This document shows, piece after piece, positions 50,519 through 61,544 of a DNA stretch of 64,000 bases. The notes below the pieces were generated by a model. The model saw only the letters and a program-made list of their open reading frames with translations. It did no database searches and was not told the origin of the DNA. The position numbers and the translations under genes are program-made. Origin of the DNA: Sedimentisphaerales bacterium (GTDB lineage Bacteria > Planctomycetota > Phycisphaerae > Sedimentisphaerales > SM23-30); NCBI GenBank assembly GCA_963666285.1, contig OY762711.1, one strand, 5' to 3'. The number at the start of each line of letters is the position of its first letter. The stretch's first letter is position 1.

Positions 50519-50927
50519 TTCTAAATTAAAGCGGGCCCAATCAGAATATATCCTGGGAAATATAAAGAATTATGAGGCGGCCGGATTAACAAAAAATCAG
50601 GGTTGGGAGTATCTGCAAATCCAGTTACATGTTTCGTCCGATAAAAAATATTTTTTAACCTTTAGTGGTAAAACTCATGGTGGGTGTAATTATGATGCCA
50701 TATCAGCCTGTCTTGGATTTTACTATTTTTTTAAGTTCTTTTTAGTTAGTTACTTATAATAGCTGCAAAAGAGTCATTGAGTTCTGTTTAAATTCGTAAA
50801 TATAAAATATTGTAAATTTAGTCTTTAACTTATGTTTCTATAGTATCGAAAGAGAAGACGTAAACCTTTTATTTGTTTGTAGGCTTGAAATATTAAATAT
50901 GTTTTGAATTATCAGCTGGAGAAAAAA

Positions 50928-53249
50928 ATGAAACTTTCATCAAAAATAGTATCAGGATTCATGACACTAGTACTGATTCTTATATTAGTAGGGGTACTAT
51001 CCTATACGGTTATCAATCAGATTGATTCAGCTTTGTCGGATGTAGCCGAAAAAGATATTCCGGCTATGGGCTATTCTGGCGATATGGTAGTCAATGGTAT
51101 GAATGCCATTATAGAGCAGAAGAATTTTGTAAAATATCAGGACAAAGGTTACCTTGAACAGTGCATGGAAGAGTTGGGTAAACTTCAATCTGTTCTCCGG
51201 GAATATCGAAAACAGGCAGAGTCAAATAATAACCGGCAGGCATTGCAAAAACTGGATGGAATAAAGTCTGATGTTGCTAATTTTACGAAGTCCCTGGACC
51301 AGGTAGCTCAAGGTTTTGAGAATAATGAATCCAAAAACCATATGTTAAATCAGAGCGGCCAGAAAATGTCAGAGATAGCGGAGAGTTACATCTCGACAAA
51401 GCTGACTTCGTTAGAAAACGGTCGCATGGCATTATATTTCCTGAACGATATGAATAATGAAGCATTGAATATGCGTATGGCAAAAATTCAGACAGTTCTG
51501 GCAGCTGACCAGGAAAAAGCAGATCAGGCGTATGCTGAACTTGTAGATCATTCAGATACAATAGTGGCATATTGTCAGGAACTAAACGATCTGAAACCTA
51601 CCGATGAAGAAAAAGAAATTGTTACGAAGGTGTCAAACCTGGCTACAAACTATAAAGATTTAGTAAAGTCATTTTTGAGCGACCAGGCTGAGCCAGTAGA
51701 AGGAACAGGCACAAAGATTGAAGATACCGGGGTTGAACTGACTGATGCTATAGATGAATATCGTAATATGAAGACAGCTGAGATGGCAAAAGCTAATAAT
51801 GCCATGGCAAAGATTAATGAATGGGCTGTAAATCTGCATCAATTACGCGCATGTACGTTCAGATATCAGGGAATGGGTAAGGAAACAGACCTGGCATTGG
51901 CAGTGTCGTTTAAAAGTAATATGGACAGCCTCTTGGAGGAAGTAGTAAATTATGCTCATAACGAGCAGGAACAGGCTGAGCTGAAATTAGCCGGCCAGGC
52001 TGTGGTAGATTATCAAACAGCTCTGGACGAATGGGTATTAGTAGATAACAGGATAAAAAATGAACTGTTTCCAGCCTTGATGGATGCAGGTGAGAAGGCA
52101 ATTGCAGCAGCCAAGGAAATGTCTAATGATATTGCCAGTATGACCATCGAACAGGCTAACCAGAGCAAAAAACTGGCAAGTTTTAGTAAGAGCATAATGG
52201 TGATATCTTTAGGTGCCGGGTCGTTGATAGGAATAATACTGGCAGTATTCATAACCCGCAGTATTGTCAAACCGATAACCAGGATAATAGATGATTTGAC
52301 GGCAGGTTCAGAAGAGGTTACCGCAGCGGCACAGCAGGTTTCAGGAGCGTCAAGCAACCTGGCCGAGGCGACAACCGAGCAGGCGGCCGGTTTGGAAGAA
52401 ACCAATAGCTCGCTGGAAGAGATAGCATCTCAAATAAAGCAGAATGCAACGAATGCTCTCGAAGCCAACCAGCTGGCAACAGAGACATCAGATGCAGCTA
52501 ATTTTGGTGCCGAAGCCATGAAGAAGATGGAATCAGCGATTCATGACATCCAGCAATCATCAGAAGCAACCAGCAAGATAATCAAGACAATTGATGAAAT
52601 AGCATTTCAGACCAACCTGCTGGCATTAAACGCCGCAGTAGAAGCAGCACGTGCCGGTGAAGCAGGTAAGGGATTTGCCGTGGTTGCCGAGGAGGTTCGC
52701 AACCTTGCAATGCGTTCGGCAGAGGCAGCCAGGAATACAACAGAAATGATAGAGCAGTCTGTTCGTAATTCTAATAGCGGAGCAGAGATATCCGCTGAAG
52801 TAGGAGATGCACTTGGAAGGATATCAGAAGCAGTTGGAAAAACAACATCAATTGTGGGTGAAATAACAACCGCATGCCAGGAGCAGTCAGAGAAAATCGA
52901 TGAAATCGGTAATTCGATGGATAATATTGACAGGATAACCCAGATTAATGCCGCAAATGCCGAAGAAAGTGCGTCAGCGGCCCATGAGCTGAATTGTCAG
53001 TCTGACCATATGAAAGACGTAGTTCTTGGTTTGATCCAGATGGTAGGCGGTCAATCAGGTACGACGAATACGTCGTCAAAAAGCAAGCCGCAGCAAGTAA
53101 CAACCGGCCTGGCTGATGAAGCCTTTCATGCTATTTCGGAGCCGGTTAACATAATACCGGAGAAAGCAGTTTCAACTCCGCAAACAACAGGCAGTGTATC
53201 AGCTGAAGCTGAAATTCCTTTTGATGACGACTTTGATGAATTTAATTAA
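50928..53249 (+). CDS. Methyl-accepting chemotaxis protein with a large helical periplasmic sensor
   Basis: Two TM helices, IAFQTNLLALNAAVEAARAGEAGKGFAVVAEEVR and a C-terminal DFDEFN tail. Confidence 0.95.
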   Translation: MKLSSKIVSGFMTLVLILILVGVLSYTVINQIDSALSDVAEKDIPAMGYSGDMVVNGMNAIIEQKNFVKYQDKGYLEQCMEELGKLQSVLREYRKQAESNNNRQALQKLDGIKSDVANFTKSLDQVAQGFENNESKNHMLNQSGQKMSEIAESYISTKLTSLENGRMALYFLNDMNNEALNMRMAKIQTVLAADQEKADQAYAELVDHSDTIVAYCQELNDLKPTDEEKEIVTKVSNLATNYKDLVKSFLSDQAEPVEGTGTKIEDTGVELTDAIDEYRNMKTAEMAKANNAMAKINEWAVNLHQLRACTFRYQGMGKETDLALAVSFKSNMDSLLEEVVNYAHNEQEQAELKLAGQAVVDYQTALDEWVLVDNRIKNELFPALMDAGEKAIAAAKEMSNDIASMTIEQANQSKKLASFSKSIMVISLGAGSLIGIILAVFITRSIVKPITRIIDDLTAGSEEVTAAAQQVSGASSNLAEATTEQAAGLEETNSSLEEIASQIKQNATNALEANQLATETSDAANFGAEAMKKMESAIHDIQQSSEATSKIIKTIDEIAFQTNLLALNAAVEAARAGEAGKGFAVVAEEVRNLAMRSAEAARNTTEMIEQSVRNSNSGAEISAEVGDALGRISEAVGKTTSIVGEITTACQEQSEKIDEIGNSMDNIDRITQINAANAEESASAAHELNCQSDHMKDVVLGLIQMVGGQSGTTNTSSKSKPQQVTTGLADEAFHAISEPVNIIPEKAVSTPQTTGSVSAEAEIPFDDDFDEFN

Positions 53250-53313
53250 CAAAAATTTAAACATGTGATGTGTGTGCATCGCAAACCATTCTAAAACCTG
53301 TGGAGGTAAAGCT

Positions 53314-53802
53314 ATGGAAAATAATGGAAATGGAAACAAGAAAAAGACTTTTGCCATTGGCAGGGCGATTCTGATTTTAGCTGTTTTGGCTGTATGTTGT
53401 GTAACAGCCTTAAAAGCGGCTGAAGCTGTTAAAAGCACTGTTGCGGTAATTGTCAATAAAGATGTTGCTGAAACAACAATGGCACAAAAAGATGTGGAAG
53501 CAACATTTTTGGGGAAAAACACTAAATGGGGTGATAAGTCAAAGATAACGGTTTATACATTAAAATCTGGTGATGTACATTCCGCTTTCCTGTCTGATTA
53601 TGTTAACAGTACGCCGGCTAAGTTTAAGAGTTACTGGAAAAAACAGGTCTTTACCGGCAAAGCTGATGCGCCCAAGGAATTCAAAGATGAAAAAGAAATG
53701 ATCGATACGGTGTCAAAAACCAAAGGTGCAATTGGTTATGTCAGTGTTGAATTTTTGAAGAAAAATCCGGATCTGGCAAAAAATGTTACGGTGACTAAAT
53801 AA
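53314..53802 (+). CDS. Small periplasmic phosphate-binding-protein-like subunit
   Basis: GGAGG RBS; VIVNK, FLGK..KW, YWKKQVFTGK..P and GAIGYV. Confidence 0.8.
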   Translation: MENNGNGNKKKTFAIGRAILILAVLAVCCVTALKAAEAVKSTVAVIVNKDVAETTMAQKDVEATFLGKNTKWGDKSKITVYTLKSGDVHSAFLSDYVNSTPAKFKSYWKKQVFTGKADAPKEFKDEKEMIDTVSKTKGAIGYVSVEFLKKNPDLAKNVTVTK

Positions 53803-53885
53803 TGAAATAATGGGGATAAAATTTAACAAATTCAAAGTTAATGTTGCCGTACAACAAAATATAAAAAATACAGGAGAGTATTACT

Positions 53886-55220
53886 ATGAAATCTAAACTG
53901 TTTATATTAATTTTAATATTTGTTTTTGCTGAATTAAATACAGCAATCGGACAAAATACCCAGAAAGACCTGACTGAAATTATTAACAAGCAGCAGGCTA
54001 TGCTGGATGAGATGCAGGCTGAAATTGATGACCTGAAAAGTTATGTCGAAGAAGATGAAGATGATATGTTTGGCGATATAAACATTCACGGTTTTATCAG
54101 CCAGGGGTTCCTCAAGAGTGAAAATGATAACTGGTTTATGGATAATACCAAAGGGCAGGGCTCTTTTCAGTTTAATGAAGTTGGTATCAATTTTTCATCA
54201 CAGCTATCAGATAATTTAAGGGTTGGGGCACAATTTCTGTCGCGAGATTTTGGTGCTGTTGATAACAATAAAGTGAAAATAGACTGGGCCTATTTTGATT
54301 ATAAATTTGATGACTGGCTTGGTTTCAGAGCAGGAAAAATGAAGACTCCTATTGGTTTGTATTCAGAGATCAGGGATGTCGATATGCTTAGAACAACGAT
54401 ATTCCTGCCGTTTATGCGTATGTACGATGAATCTTACCGTGAGATGATGAATGCTATCCAGGGTATCAGTTTGTATGGTTCGCTGGATGTCGGTGTCGCG
54501 GGTATGTTGGATTATAATGTTCAATGGGGATATAATGATATAAATACCGAAGATGGCGGTATGAAACGCCAGATCGAAGGAATAAGCGTGGGCGGAGTAA
54601 ATCCTATCAGTGAAGCAATTGACGGTGAAAGTGAAAGCGCGTTTGCGTCGCGCATTAACTGGTCAACTCCAATTGACGGTTTACTGCTTGGCGGAGCTTA
54701 CGGCAAGTATAAGTCAAATGCCACAGTTTTAACTTCTGTACCGTTATCAGCAACTTTGCCGGCAGGTTCGGAAGTATCTCTTAACTTTACCGACTATCAT
54801 GTATATATTGCTTCAGCTCAGTACACAATTGGCGAACTAGTTTTGACCAGTGAATATCAGAGAGCGAAATATGATGCTGACTTTGCCGGTATAATGAGTA
54901 CTTCTGAAGAAACTCAAATGTGGTATATGATGGCCGATTACAGGCTGAACAGTTTGCTCTCACTTGCTGTTGGCTATTCCAATATGACAGATGCCGGTGA
55001 TCCTGACGGTGAGCAGGCTGAAGCGGCCGGTGGAAAAGACTATTCAACCTGGACTAAAGACTGGTTTGTCAGTTCCAAGTTTGATATTACAGAAAACTGG
55101 GTATTCAAGGCTGAACTGCATTTCCTTGATGGAACAGATTACAATATGCCAAATATGAAGACGTCTGACCAGGAACGTCGTGACGTGTTGCTGGCATTGA
55201 AGACTACAGTTAGTTTTTAG
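53886..55220 (+). CDS. Outer membrane beta-barrel protein
   Basis: Signal peptide, IHGFISQGF, IDWAYFDY and C-terminal KTTVSF. Confidence 0.85.
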   Translation: MKSKLFILILIFVFAELNTAIGQNTQKDLTEIINKQQAMLDEMQAEIDDLKSYVEEDEDDMFGDINIHGFISQGFLKSENDNWFMDNTKGQGSFQFNEVGINFSSQLSDNLRVGAQFLSRDFGAVDNNKVKIDWAYFDYKFDDWLGFRAGKMKTPIGLYSEIRDVDMLRTTIFLPFMRMYDESYREMMNAIQGISLYGSLDVGVAGMLDYNVQWGYNDINTEDGGMKRQIEGISVGGVNPISEAIDGESESAFASRINWSTPIDGLLLGGAYGKYKSNATVLTSVPLSATLPAGSEVSLNFTDYHVYIASAQYTIGELVLTSEYQRAKYDADFAGIMSTSEETQMWYMMADYRLNSLLSLAVGYSNMTDAGDPDGEQAEAAGGKDYSTWTKDWFVSSKFDITENWVFKAELHFLDGTDYNMPNMKTSDQERRDVLLALKTTVSF

Positions 55221-55256
55221 TATATTAAATATGATTCGCCTGTGGCGAGACTATCA

Positions 55257-55297
55257 AAAAGAAAAAGCCCCGATGGGATTAACTCATCGAGGCTTTT
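55257..55297. terminator. Bidirectional terminator; 41-bp direct repeat, copy 1
   Basis: AAAAGAAAAAGCCCCGATGGGATTAACTCATCGAGGCTTTT, identical to 57861-57901. Confidence 0.9.
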
Positions 55298-55311
55298 CTT
55301 TTTGTGATTGA

Positions 55312-56202
55312 TTAGTACATTTCTATTTTTGATACTTTTCTGCTTACAGGAACCAGGATATAGCATTTGCCGGGAGATTGGGTGTCGATAAATAGTCTCC
55401 TGTTTGTTCTGGTGATATATTCTCCCTTGTTATTGAAAAGGTCACAGATTATGGTTCTTTTGACGATAGCTTCAAGTGCCAGCTTTTCTGAAAGGGTAAT
55501 CTCATTGCTTTTCCATCTTTCTGATATTGTCTGAGGAGATAGAATTAGCTCAGGTGAGAGGTTCATGATTATCTTTAGAACACTTTCTTTTTTGTCATAT
55601 TCAACGGAATCAAGGATCATTATATCTTTATATGTACTTGTTATTTCGATAGAGCCGGTGTCATATGGTTTAATGTTGTTCCATATACGCCCGCCAATTT
55701 CTCTGTAAGGTACAAATAGAGTTGAAATAAGTATTACAACGAATGCGACACCGACACCATACAGCACCATTTTTTTGATAACTTTCGGGTCAAGTGGCTC
55801 CGGCGGCGGGGTTGTTTGGCAATCTACGGCTCGCTGTTCGGCATGAATCTTGCCATTAGGAGCGATACCATACAGCACCTGCAGTTCCTTTCCCGGAACA
55901 TATTCAACGCTTCTGAGAGTTGACATTATCTGGCAGCACTCCTGGTCATTATAGTTGCTGAGCCAGTTTTCCAATAGGCTGGAAACTAAAGCCCTGGCAG
56001 AAGAGTTGGAATTCAGTTTTATTGAATCCAAGCCAGGGAGCATGCTGAATCTACCTCCATCCGAGGACAAGTTTAGCTGGATGCCGTGCGATTGAGCTTG
56101 CCTGATGAGGTCTTCTAAATATTGCTGATCTTCAGGACCAAAGATTGGACCTTCGATGAGGCCGTCTAGTTTGAAGGTTCCTTCTTCGTATATTCTGGCC
56201 AA
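55312..56202 (-). CDS. Hypothetical single-pass membrane protein
   Basis: TTG start after GAAGGGG and a central TM helix. Confidence 0.7.
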   Translation of the reverse strand: MARIYEEGTFKLDGLIEGPIFGPEDQQYLEDLIRQAQSHGIQLNLSSDGGRFSMLPGLDSIKLNSNSSARALVSSLLENWLSNYNDQECCQIMSTLRSVEYVPGKELQVLYGIAPNGKIHAEQRAVDCQTTPPPEPLDPKVIKKMVLYGVGVAFVVILISTLFVPYREIGGRIWNNIKPYDTGSIEITSTYKDIMILDSVEYDKKESVLKIIMNLSPELILSPQTISERWKSNEITLSEKLALEAIVKRTIICDLFNNKGEYITRTNRRLFIDTQSPGKCYILVPVSRKVSKIEMY

Positions 56203-56241
56203 AACAGGCCCCCTTCCGAAATAATGTTAATTTTAGTCTTT

Positions 56242-56835
56242 TTATTTTATTTCCATGTCTTCATCATTTAATGAATCCATTCCCGGCATATCGTCAAACT
56301 CAGTATTCAGATTACCGTTAATTAAATCATTAATTACAGGATTGTCAGATCTTTTATCTGCCTGGATGCCTGAAATATTATTTTCCGGCTGATCAGATTG
56401 AAAATCATTACCTGCGATAGAAGGGGTATCATTAATGTTGGTTGTATGTTCTATTGAATCGTAAACCGGATGTGAAGTATCTCCCACATCATCAAGTTTT
56501 TGCAGGTCCCCGGCTTCCAGGGCAGGGGTGGCAGCTGTTTTTGTATCAAGTCCCAAGGTTTCATCGTGCACATCCAGTCTTGCTTGTGTATGCTTTCTGA
56601 ATTGCTCATTTTTTAACCGTTCCTGACGAAGCTGCTCGTGTAACCGCCGGTTATCGTTTTCTATTTGGTCGAATTTTGCTTTTTCTTCACGTTTATTTGA
56701 AGCCACTAATAGAACAACAAGTCCAAATATGTGAAAGAAAAAACCAATAAAGAACCAGCCGATCGGATTTCTTCCTTTATGATGTGCAAGTGCTGCAATT
56801 AATAATCCGGCAATGAAACAAAATAGTAATCCCAC
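56242..56835 (-). CDS. Hypothetical membrane protein with a coiled coil
   Basis: A..KGRNPIGWF TM hairpin; GTG start after AAGAGGGA. Confidence 0.7.
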   Translation of the reverse strand: MGLLFCFIAGLLIAALAHHKGRNPIGWFFIGFFFHIFGLVVLLVASNKREEKAKFDQIENDNRRLHEQLRQERLKNEQFRKHTQARLDVHDETLGLDTKTAATPALEAGDLQKLDDVGDTSHPVYDSIEHTTNINDTPSIAGNDFQSDQPENNISGIQADKRSDNPVINDLINGNLNTEFDDMPGMDSLNDEDMEIK

Positions 56836-56858
56836 AATTAGTTCCCTCTTGAAAATAA

Positions 56859-57692
56859 TTAAAAATTGATCAAACCAGGCCAGAACCATAAAACAACCGC
56901 AAAGTTATGGCAAAAATGAATTACCATAGAAGGATATAAACTGCCGGTTTTGTGCCTGGCCCATCCCAGTAATACCCCAACTCCAAATAGATAGAAGAAG
57001 CTGATTACGTTTAAGTGTAGTGCGGCAAATAGAGCTGAGGCCAGCAGAATTGCCCGCCATGGTTTTAGTGCCGCATAGAGCCAGTGTTGGATCAGCCCGC
57101 GAAATGCGATTTCTTCTGTTATTGCAGGCATTACGCACATAACTATTATTACACCAATAGGGCCAAGCAGCTCAAACAGGTCTTTATATCTGAATATATC
57201 TATGTAACCATCTAATTGGGATACCAGGTAATGGTATAGGAAGTTAACCGTTAAAGCAGGTATAAGCAAAAGAATGCAATACCATGCATATCGGTTATTA
57301 AATCCTGGCCTCCTTAACTGGACTGCTAATGAGGTTTTATGAATAAAACCTACAACGGCAGTTACGATAGTAATAAGAATACTACTGAATATCAGGTGGG
57401 ATGGCAGCCAAAGATCATTATCATCTATCAGTGAGCTGGCTAACACACTGACAAAAATAGTGATCGCATAAGTCCAGAATACATGCCAGACCTGTGGGAC
57501 TTTTTGCTTGATGAGTTCACCTTCGGTCAGCTGGGGTGGTATATATTCAGTTACGACATTCGCAACAGATTTATATGGGGTAGCACATGACAGACAGAAA
57601 TAAAATGCATGGTTTAATACTGCTCCGCAATATTCACAGCGTTCCTGGCCTGCATCTAATTCTGTTGGAGTTGTTTTGTCGAGGTCGACCAT
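56859..57692 (-). CDS. CPBP (CAAX/Abi) intramembrane metalloprotease with an N-terminal zinc ribbon
   Basis: EEIAFRG, FAALH and H..HN; CEYCG...CLSC. Confidence 0.9.
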   Translation of the reverse strand: MVDLDKTTPTELDAGQERCEYCGAVLNHAFYFCLSCATPYKSVANVVTEYIPPQLTEGELIKQKVPQVWHVFWTYAITIFVSVLASSLIDDNDLWLPSHLIFSSILITIVTAVVGFIHKTSLAVQLRRPGFNNRYAWYCILLLIPALTVNFLYHYLVSQLDGYIDIFRYKDLFELLGPIGVIIVMCVMPAITEEIAFRGLIQHWLYAALKPWRAILLASALFAALHLNVISFFYLFGVGVLLGWARHKTGSLYPSMVIHFCHNFAVVLWFWPGLINF

Positions 57693-57860
57693 ATTTATTT
57701 TCCTGCCAATTCCATTCCTAAAAATGCAATTATATTTTATACAAATATCTATTACAAGATATAAATCCTGAAAGGTGGCCGGATAGAATTTGCATCAGCC
57801 TGGGTGTTTGCGTGGTAAGGTCTTGTTTTACATGGGTTTAGGGTTGTTGGCTATTCAGGG

Positions 57861-57901
57861 AAAAGAAAAAGCCCCGATGGGATTAACTCATCGAGGCTTT
57901 T
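57861..57901 (-). terminator. hppA terminator; 41-bp direct repeat, copy 2
   Basis: Identical to 55257-55297. Confidence 0.9.
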
Positions 57902-57981
57902 TTTATATAAACAGTAATATACCCCCCGGGAAATTACCCCCGGGATATGTATGGGACACGCAAAGCGTGTTAGGTATCAGA

Positions 57982-60606
57982 TTAACCGATACCAAGCATA
58001 TCAGTGATGATTGGAGCATATTTGACGATCAGGCCGGCAAATACAACAGATACCATACTCATCAGCTTGATAAGTATGTTCAGAGAAGGACCAGAAGTAT
58101 CTTTGAACGGGTCACCAACGGTATCACCGGTAACAGCAGCTTTGTGAGCGTCAGAACCTTTTCCGCCATGGTGTCCTTTTTCGATGTACTTCTTGGCATT
58201 ATCCCAGCTACCACCGGCATTAGCCATGAAGATAGCTACCGCAAAACCAGAGGTCAGACCACCGGCCAGCAGGCCAAGAACACCGGAAACGTCCAGAAGC
58301 AGACCAACTACGATTGGAACAACAATAGCCAGCATAGAAGGAATAATCATTTCCTTCTGAGCACCGGCAGTAGAGATCGCAACACACTTGGCGTATTCAG
58401 GAGTGGCTTTACCATCCAGGATGCCCGGGATTTCCTTGAACTGACGACGAACTTCTTCAACCATCGCCATAGCAGCACGTCCTACAGCCTTCATAGTCAT
58501 AGCTGTGAACAGGAATACCAGCAGCACACCGGCGAACATACCGCAAAGTACTTTTGGATTCATAAGGGTTACATCATAGTATGCCATATAGTCAGGAAGA
58601 GTAGCTTTGCTAGCCAGTACCGCTCTATAAGATTCTCCACCGACATCGAAAGTTACATAGCCGGTTGCTCTGCCGTCTTTTTCCTTCTTGACAAGGTTAT
58701 CAACAGTCAGTTTACCGGTTTTTGCACCTACAGTTTCACTTAGAACAGCCTTGCTGCCTTCCAGAACCAGGTAAGCGTCAAATGCACTTTCTTTTGTACC
58801 CTGAGCATCTTTAACAGCAATCTTGCCGTAGTCCATGTAGAACATAGAATCAATAGCAATCGCATCGATAGAAGCTTCTTCTTTATCAGGAGCATATTCC
58901 TGAACTACCGCAGCCATACCTTCACGAACAAGACCGATACGAACTTCTTCAACATAAGCAGCCAACAGAGCCAGGGCTGTCAGAGCAGCAGAACCGATCG
59001 CAAAACCCTTACCGATAGCAGCAGTTGTGTTACCAAGAGAGTCAAGAGCGTCAGTCTTTTCACGAACTGAAGGATCCTGACCGGTCATTTCGGCGTTACC
59101 ACCGGCATTATCAGCGATAGGGCCGTAAGCGTCAGTTGCCAGAGAGAAACCAAGAGTAGAAAGCATAGATACCGCAGCGATACCAACACCATATAGACCT
59201 AGAAGCATATTATCATTACCGCCGGCAAGGCTGAACGCAACAATAATAGCAATAATAACAGTTAATAGAGACATCCAGGTTGATTTCATACCTTCGGCAA
59301 TACCTGAGATGATTACTGTAGCATGACCGGTAATAGCATTTTTTGCTACTTCCTGGGTTGGTTTGTAGTCGTAACTTGTGTAGCGTTCAGTTGACAGACC
59401 AATTGCAAGACCGGCAAGCATACCGGCAACAATCGCCCAGAATACACCCATACCGGAAACACCGATTACACCATCTTCTACACCGGCTCCAAGAAGGTAT
59501 CGGCAGATGAAAAATGCTGCAACAAGAATAAGTGCACTTGAACCATAGAGGCCTCTCATCAGAGAGCTCATCAGTTCTTTCATTGATGCACCTTCTTTTG
59601 TGCTTACCATGTAAACACCGGCGATACTCAAAAGGATACCGATACCGGCAAGTACCATAGGAGCAGCCAGAAGTTTAAGAGCGTCCATCTGGCTGGCGTG
59701 CAGAGCAACAGATGCTGATACACCAAGAGCAGCAGTAGCCAGGATAGAACCACAATATGATTCATACAGGTCAGCACCCATACCGGCAACGTCACCAACA
59801 TTGTCACCAACGTTATCAGCGATAGTAGCAGGGTTACGTGGGTCATCTTCAGGAATACCGGCTTCTACCTTACCTACCAGGTCAGCACCAACGTCAGCAG
59901 CCTTGGTATAGATACCGCCACCAACACGGGCAAATAACGCCTGGGCTGAAGCACCCATACCGAATGTCAGCATAACAACAGTTACTTCTACCAGGTTCAT
60001 TTCCGGGAAGAAGCTTGGCAGAAGGAATAACCACAGACAAATATCAAGAAGACCGAAACCAACAACAACAAGACCCATTACCGCACCGGCACGGAAAGCA
60101 ACCTTCAGGCCGCGGTTAAGGCTCTCTTTTGCACCCTGAGTTGTACGACTGGATGCCATAGTTGCTGTTTTCATACCGAACCAGCCGCAAAGACCGGAGA
60201 AGAAACCACCAGTTAAGAAAGCAATAAACACGATCTTATGCTGGAGGTGCATCTGACCCATGATAAACAGGGCGATAGATACGATAATGAAGAAAACTGC
60301 AACTACTTTGTACTGACGTTTGAGGTAAGCCATTGCACCGTCAGTTACATAACCGGCGATACGCTGCATTTCTTCGTCACCAGGGTTAGAAGCTTTTACT
60401 TCCTGATAGAATTTAAAAGCCATAACCAGGGCTACGGCAGCCATAATCGGAGCAATATACCACATGCCCGGCAGATTCGACGTGCTAAACGCATCTTCTG
60501 CTGTTATAAGAGCATCAGAAGTTGCATCCTGAGCCTTTGCCAGACCGGTCATCAATACTAATGACAAGCCCGACAGTTTCATAATTAAACCATTCATTTT
60601 GTTCAT
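57982..60606 (-). CDS. hppA: K+-dependent membrane pyrophosphatase (Na+ or Na+/H+ translocating)
   Basis: [26 protein letters not shown] (K+-dependent Ala) and [10 protein letters not shown]. Confidence 0.97.
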   Translation of the reverse strand: MNKMNGLIMKLSGLSLVLMTGLAKAQDATSDALITAEDAFSTSNLPGMWYIAPIMAAVALVMAFKFYQEVKASNPGDEEMQRIAGYVTDGAMAYLKRQYKVVAVFFIIVSIALFIMGQMHLQHKIVFIAFLTGGFFSGLCGWFGMKTATMASSRTTQGAKESLNRGLKVAFRAGAVMGLVVVGFGLLDICLWLFLLPSFFPEMNLVEVTVVMLTFGMGASAQALFARVGGGIYTKAADVGADLVGKVEAGIPEDDPRNPATIADNVGDNVGDVAGMGADLYESYCGSILATAALGVSASVALHASQMDALKLLAAPMVLAGIGILLSIAGVYMVSTKEGASMKELMSSLMRGLYGSSALILVAAFFICRYLLGAGVEDGVIGVSGMGVFWAIVAGMLAGLAIGLSTERYTSYDYKPTQEVAKNAITGHATVIISGIAEGMKSTWMSLLTVIIAIIVAFSLAGGNDNMLLGLYGVGIAAVSMLSTLGFSLATDAYGPIADNAGGNAEMTGQDPSVREKTDALDSLGNTTAAIGKGFAIGSAALTALALLAAYVEEVRIGLVREGMAAVVQEYAPDKEEASIDAIAIDSMFYMDYGKIAVKDAQGTKESAFDAYLVLEGSKAVLSETVGAKTGKLTVDNLVKKEKDGRATGYVTFDVGGESYRAVLASKATLPDYMAYYDVTLMNPKVLCGMFAGVLLVFLFTAMTMKAVGRAAMAMVEEVRRQFKEIPGILDGKATPEYAKCVAISTAGAQKEMIIPSMLAIVVPIVVGLLLDVSGVLGLLAGGLTSGFAVAIFMANAGGSWDNAKKYIEKGHHGGKGSDAHKAAVTGDTVGDPFKDTSGPSLNILIKLMSMVSVVFAGLIVKYAPIITDMLGIG

Positions 60607-61006
60607 TTTTGCTACCTGCTTTCCTTTCCCATAAAAAGGTATAGTTTGGTAATTACTGAAATTTTATATCCGCATTCTGCGGTTTACGTTTAAGTTTGTG
60701 CCGTTTACCGGCATATCAAGCCATTATTTTGAAGTACAAAAATTTCACTTTTTCATTGTTGTATCGGCGAATGCTGTACTCGATACTTTATTAATAGACC
60801 ACTTTTCTAAATGGTAGCACCTGTTAGTAAGGTGTTTGTCCTATATTTACTACTTGTTATACAAAACTCTTGTTATAGGACGTGTGCGCAGACATTGAGC
60901 GATACTCTATAAGAAACTTATAGAGATCCCCCGGTTGTCCATGTGAAAAAAGTCTAAACTGACTTCGTAACGGTAGAGTTAACCGTCGGTGGTAGGAAAA
61001 TTATTT

Positions 61007-61177
61007 CTAGCGAACAGGGCGTCTGCCTTTTGTGCGGCGACGGTTCTTTTCAGATGGCTTCTCATAGAAACTACGTTTCTTGATATCTTTGATTTGGCCC
61101 TCTTTTTCGCAGATCTTCTTGAATCGCTTCATCATCTGCTGAACAGATTCACCGTTACGAGCCTTAACCTTTATCAT
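61007..61177 (-). CDS. rpsU: 30S ribosomal protein S21 (56 aa, absent from the ORF track)
   Basis: Manual translation: MIKVKARNGESVQQMMKRFKKICEKEGQIKDIKKRSFYEKPSEKNRRRTKGRRPVR. GGAG RBS. Confidence 0.95.
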   Translation of the reverse strand: MIKVKARNGESVQQMMKRFKKICEKEGQIKDIKKRSFYEKPSEKNRRRTKGRRPVR

Positions 61178-61544
61178 GCAATCACACTCCTGTAAAACTT
61201 ATTATATTGTTAGTGCTACGCCGCACAGTTCGAGATATTCTCTTTCCTATAAAGCTAAAAGTTTTGCCAGTATATTGCAAGACTGGAAAATTATCAAGAC
61301 TAATTATTGATTACCAATATTAAAAAGAATATATCTATCAATAAAATAAGGTTTTATATCAAAATCAAAAATATGCATATATTGAAAATAAAAAGATATT
61401 TCTAAGGTTTTATGCCAACACAATATTTTATGCAGTTGCAGGGCGTAATATTAATAGAAGCTGAATATTACCGGTGTTGAACATATTTTTCGGTCGAGAT
61501 AGATTTCTTTCATCTTTAAGTTATTTAACAGTAGGGTTTTATAC

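Noticed and set aside
50475..50759. 94-aa plus-strand ORF upstream of the MCP gene
   Set aside because: Overlaps the divergent promoter, has a TTG start without an RBS and no motifs.
57790..58743. 317-aa ORF antisense to hppA
   Set aside because: Shadow ORF that runs across a terminator.
60989..61195. 68-aa plus-strand ORF, and a suspected frameshift in rpsU
   Set aside because: The ORF is antisense to rpsU, and recounting shows rpsU is intact at 56 aa.
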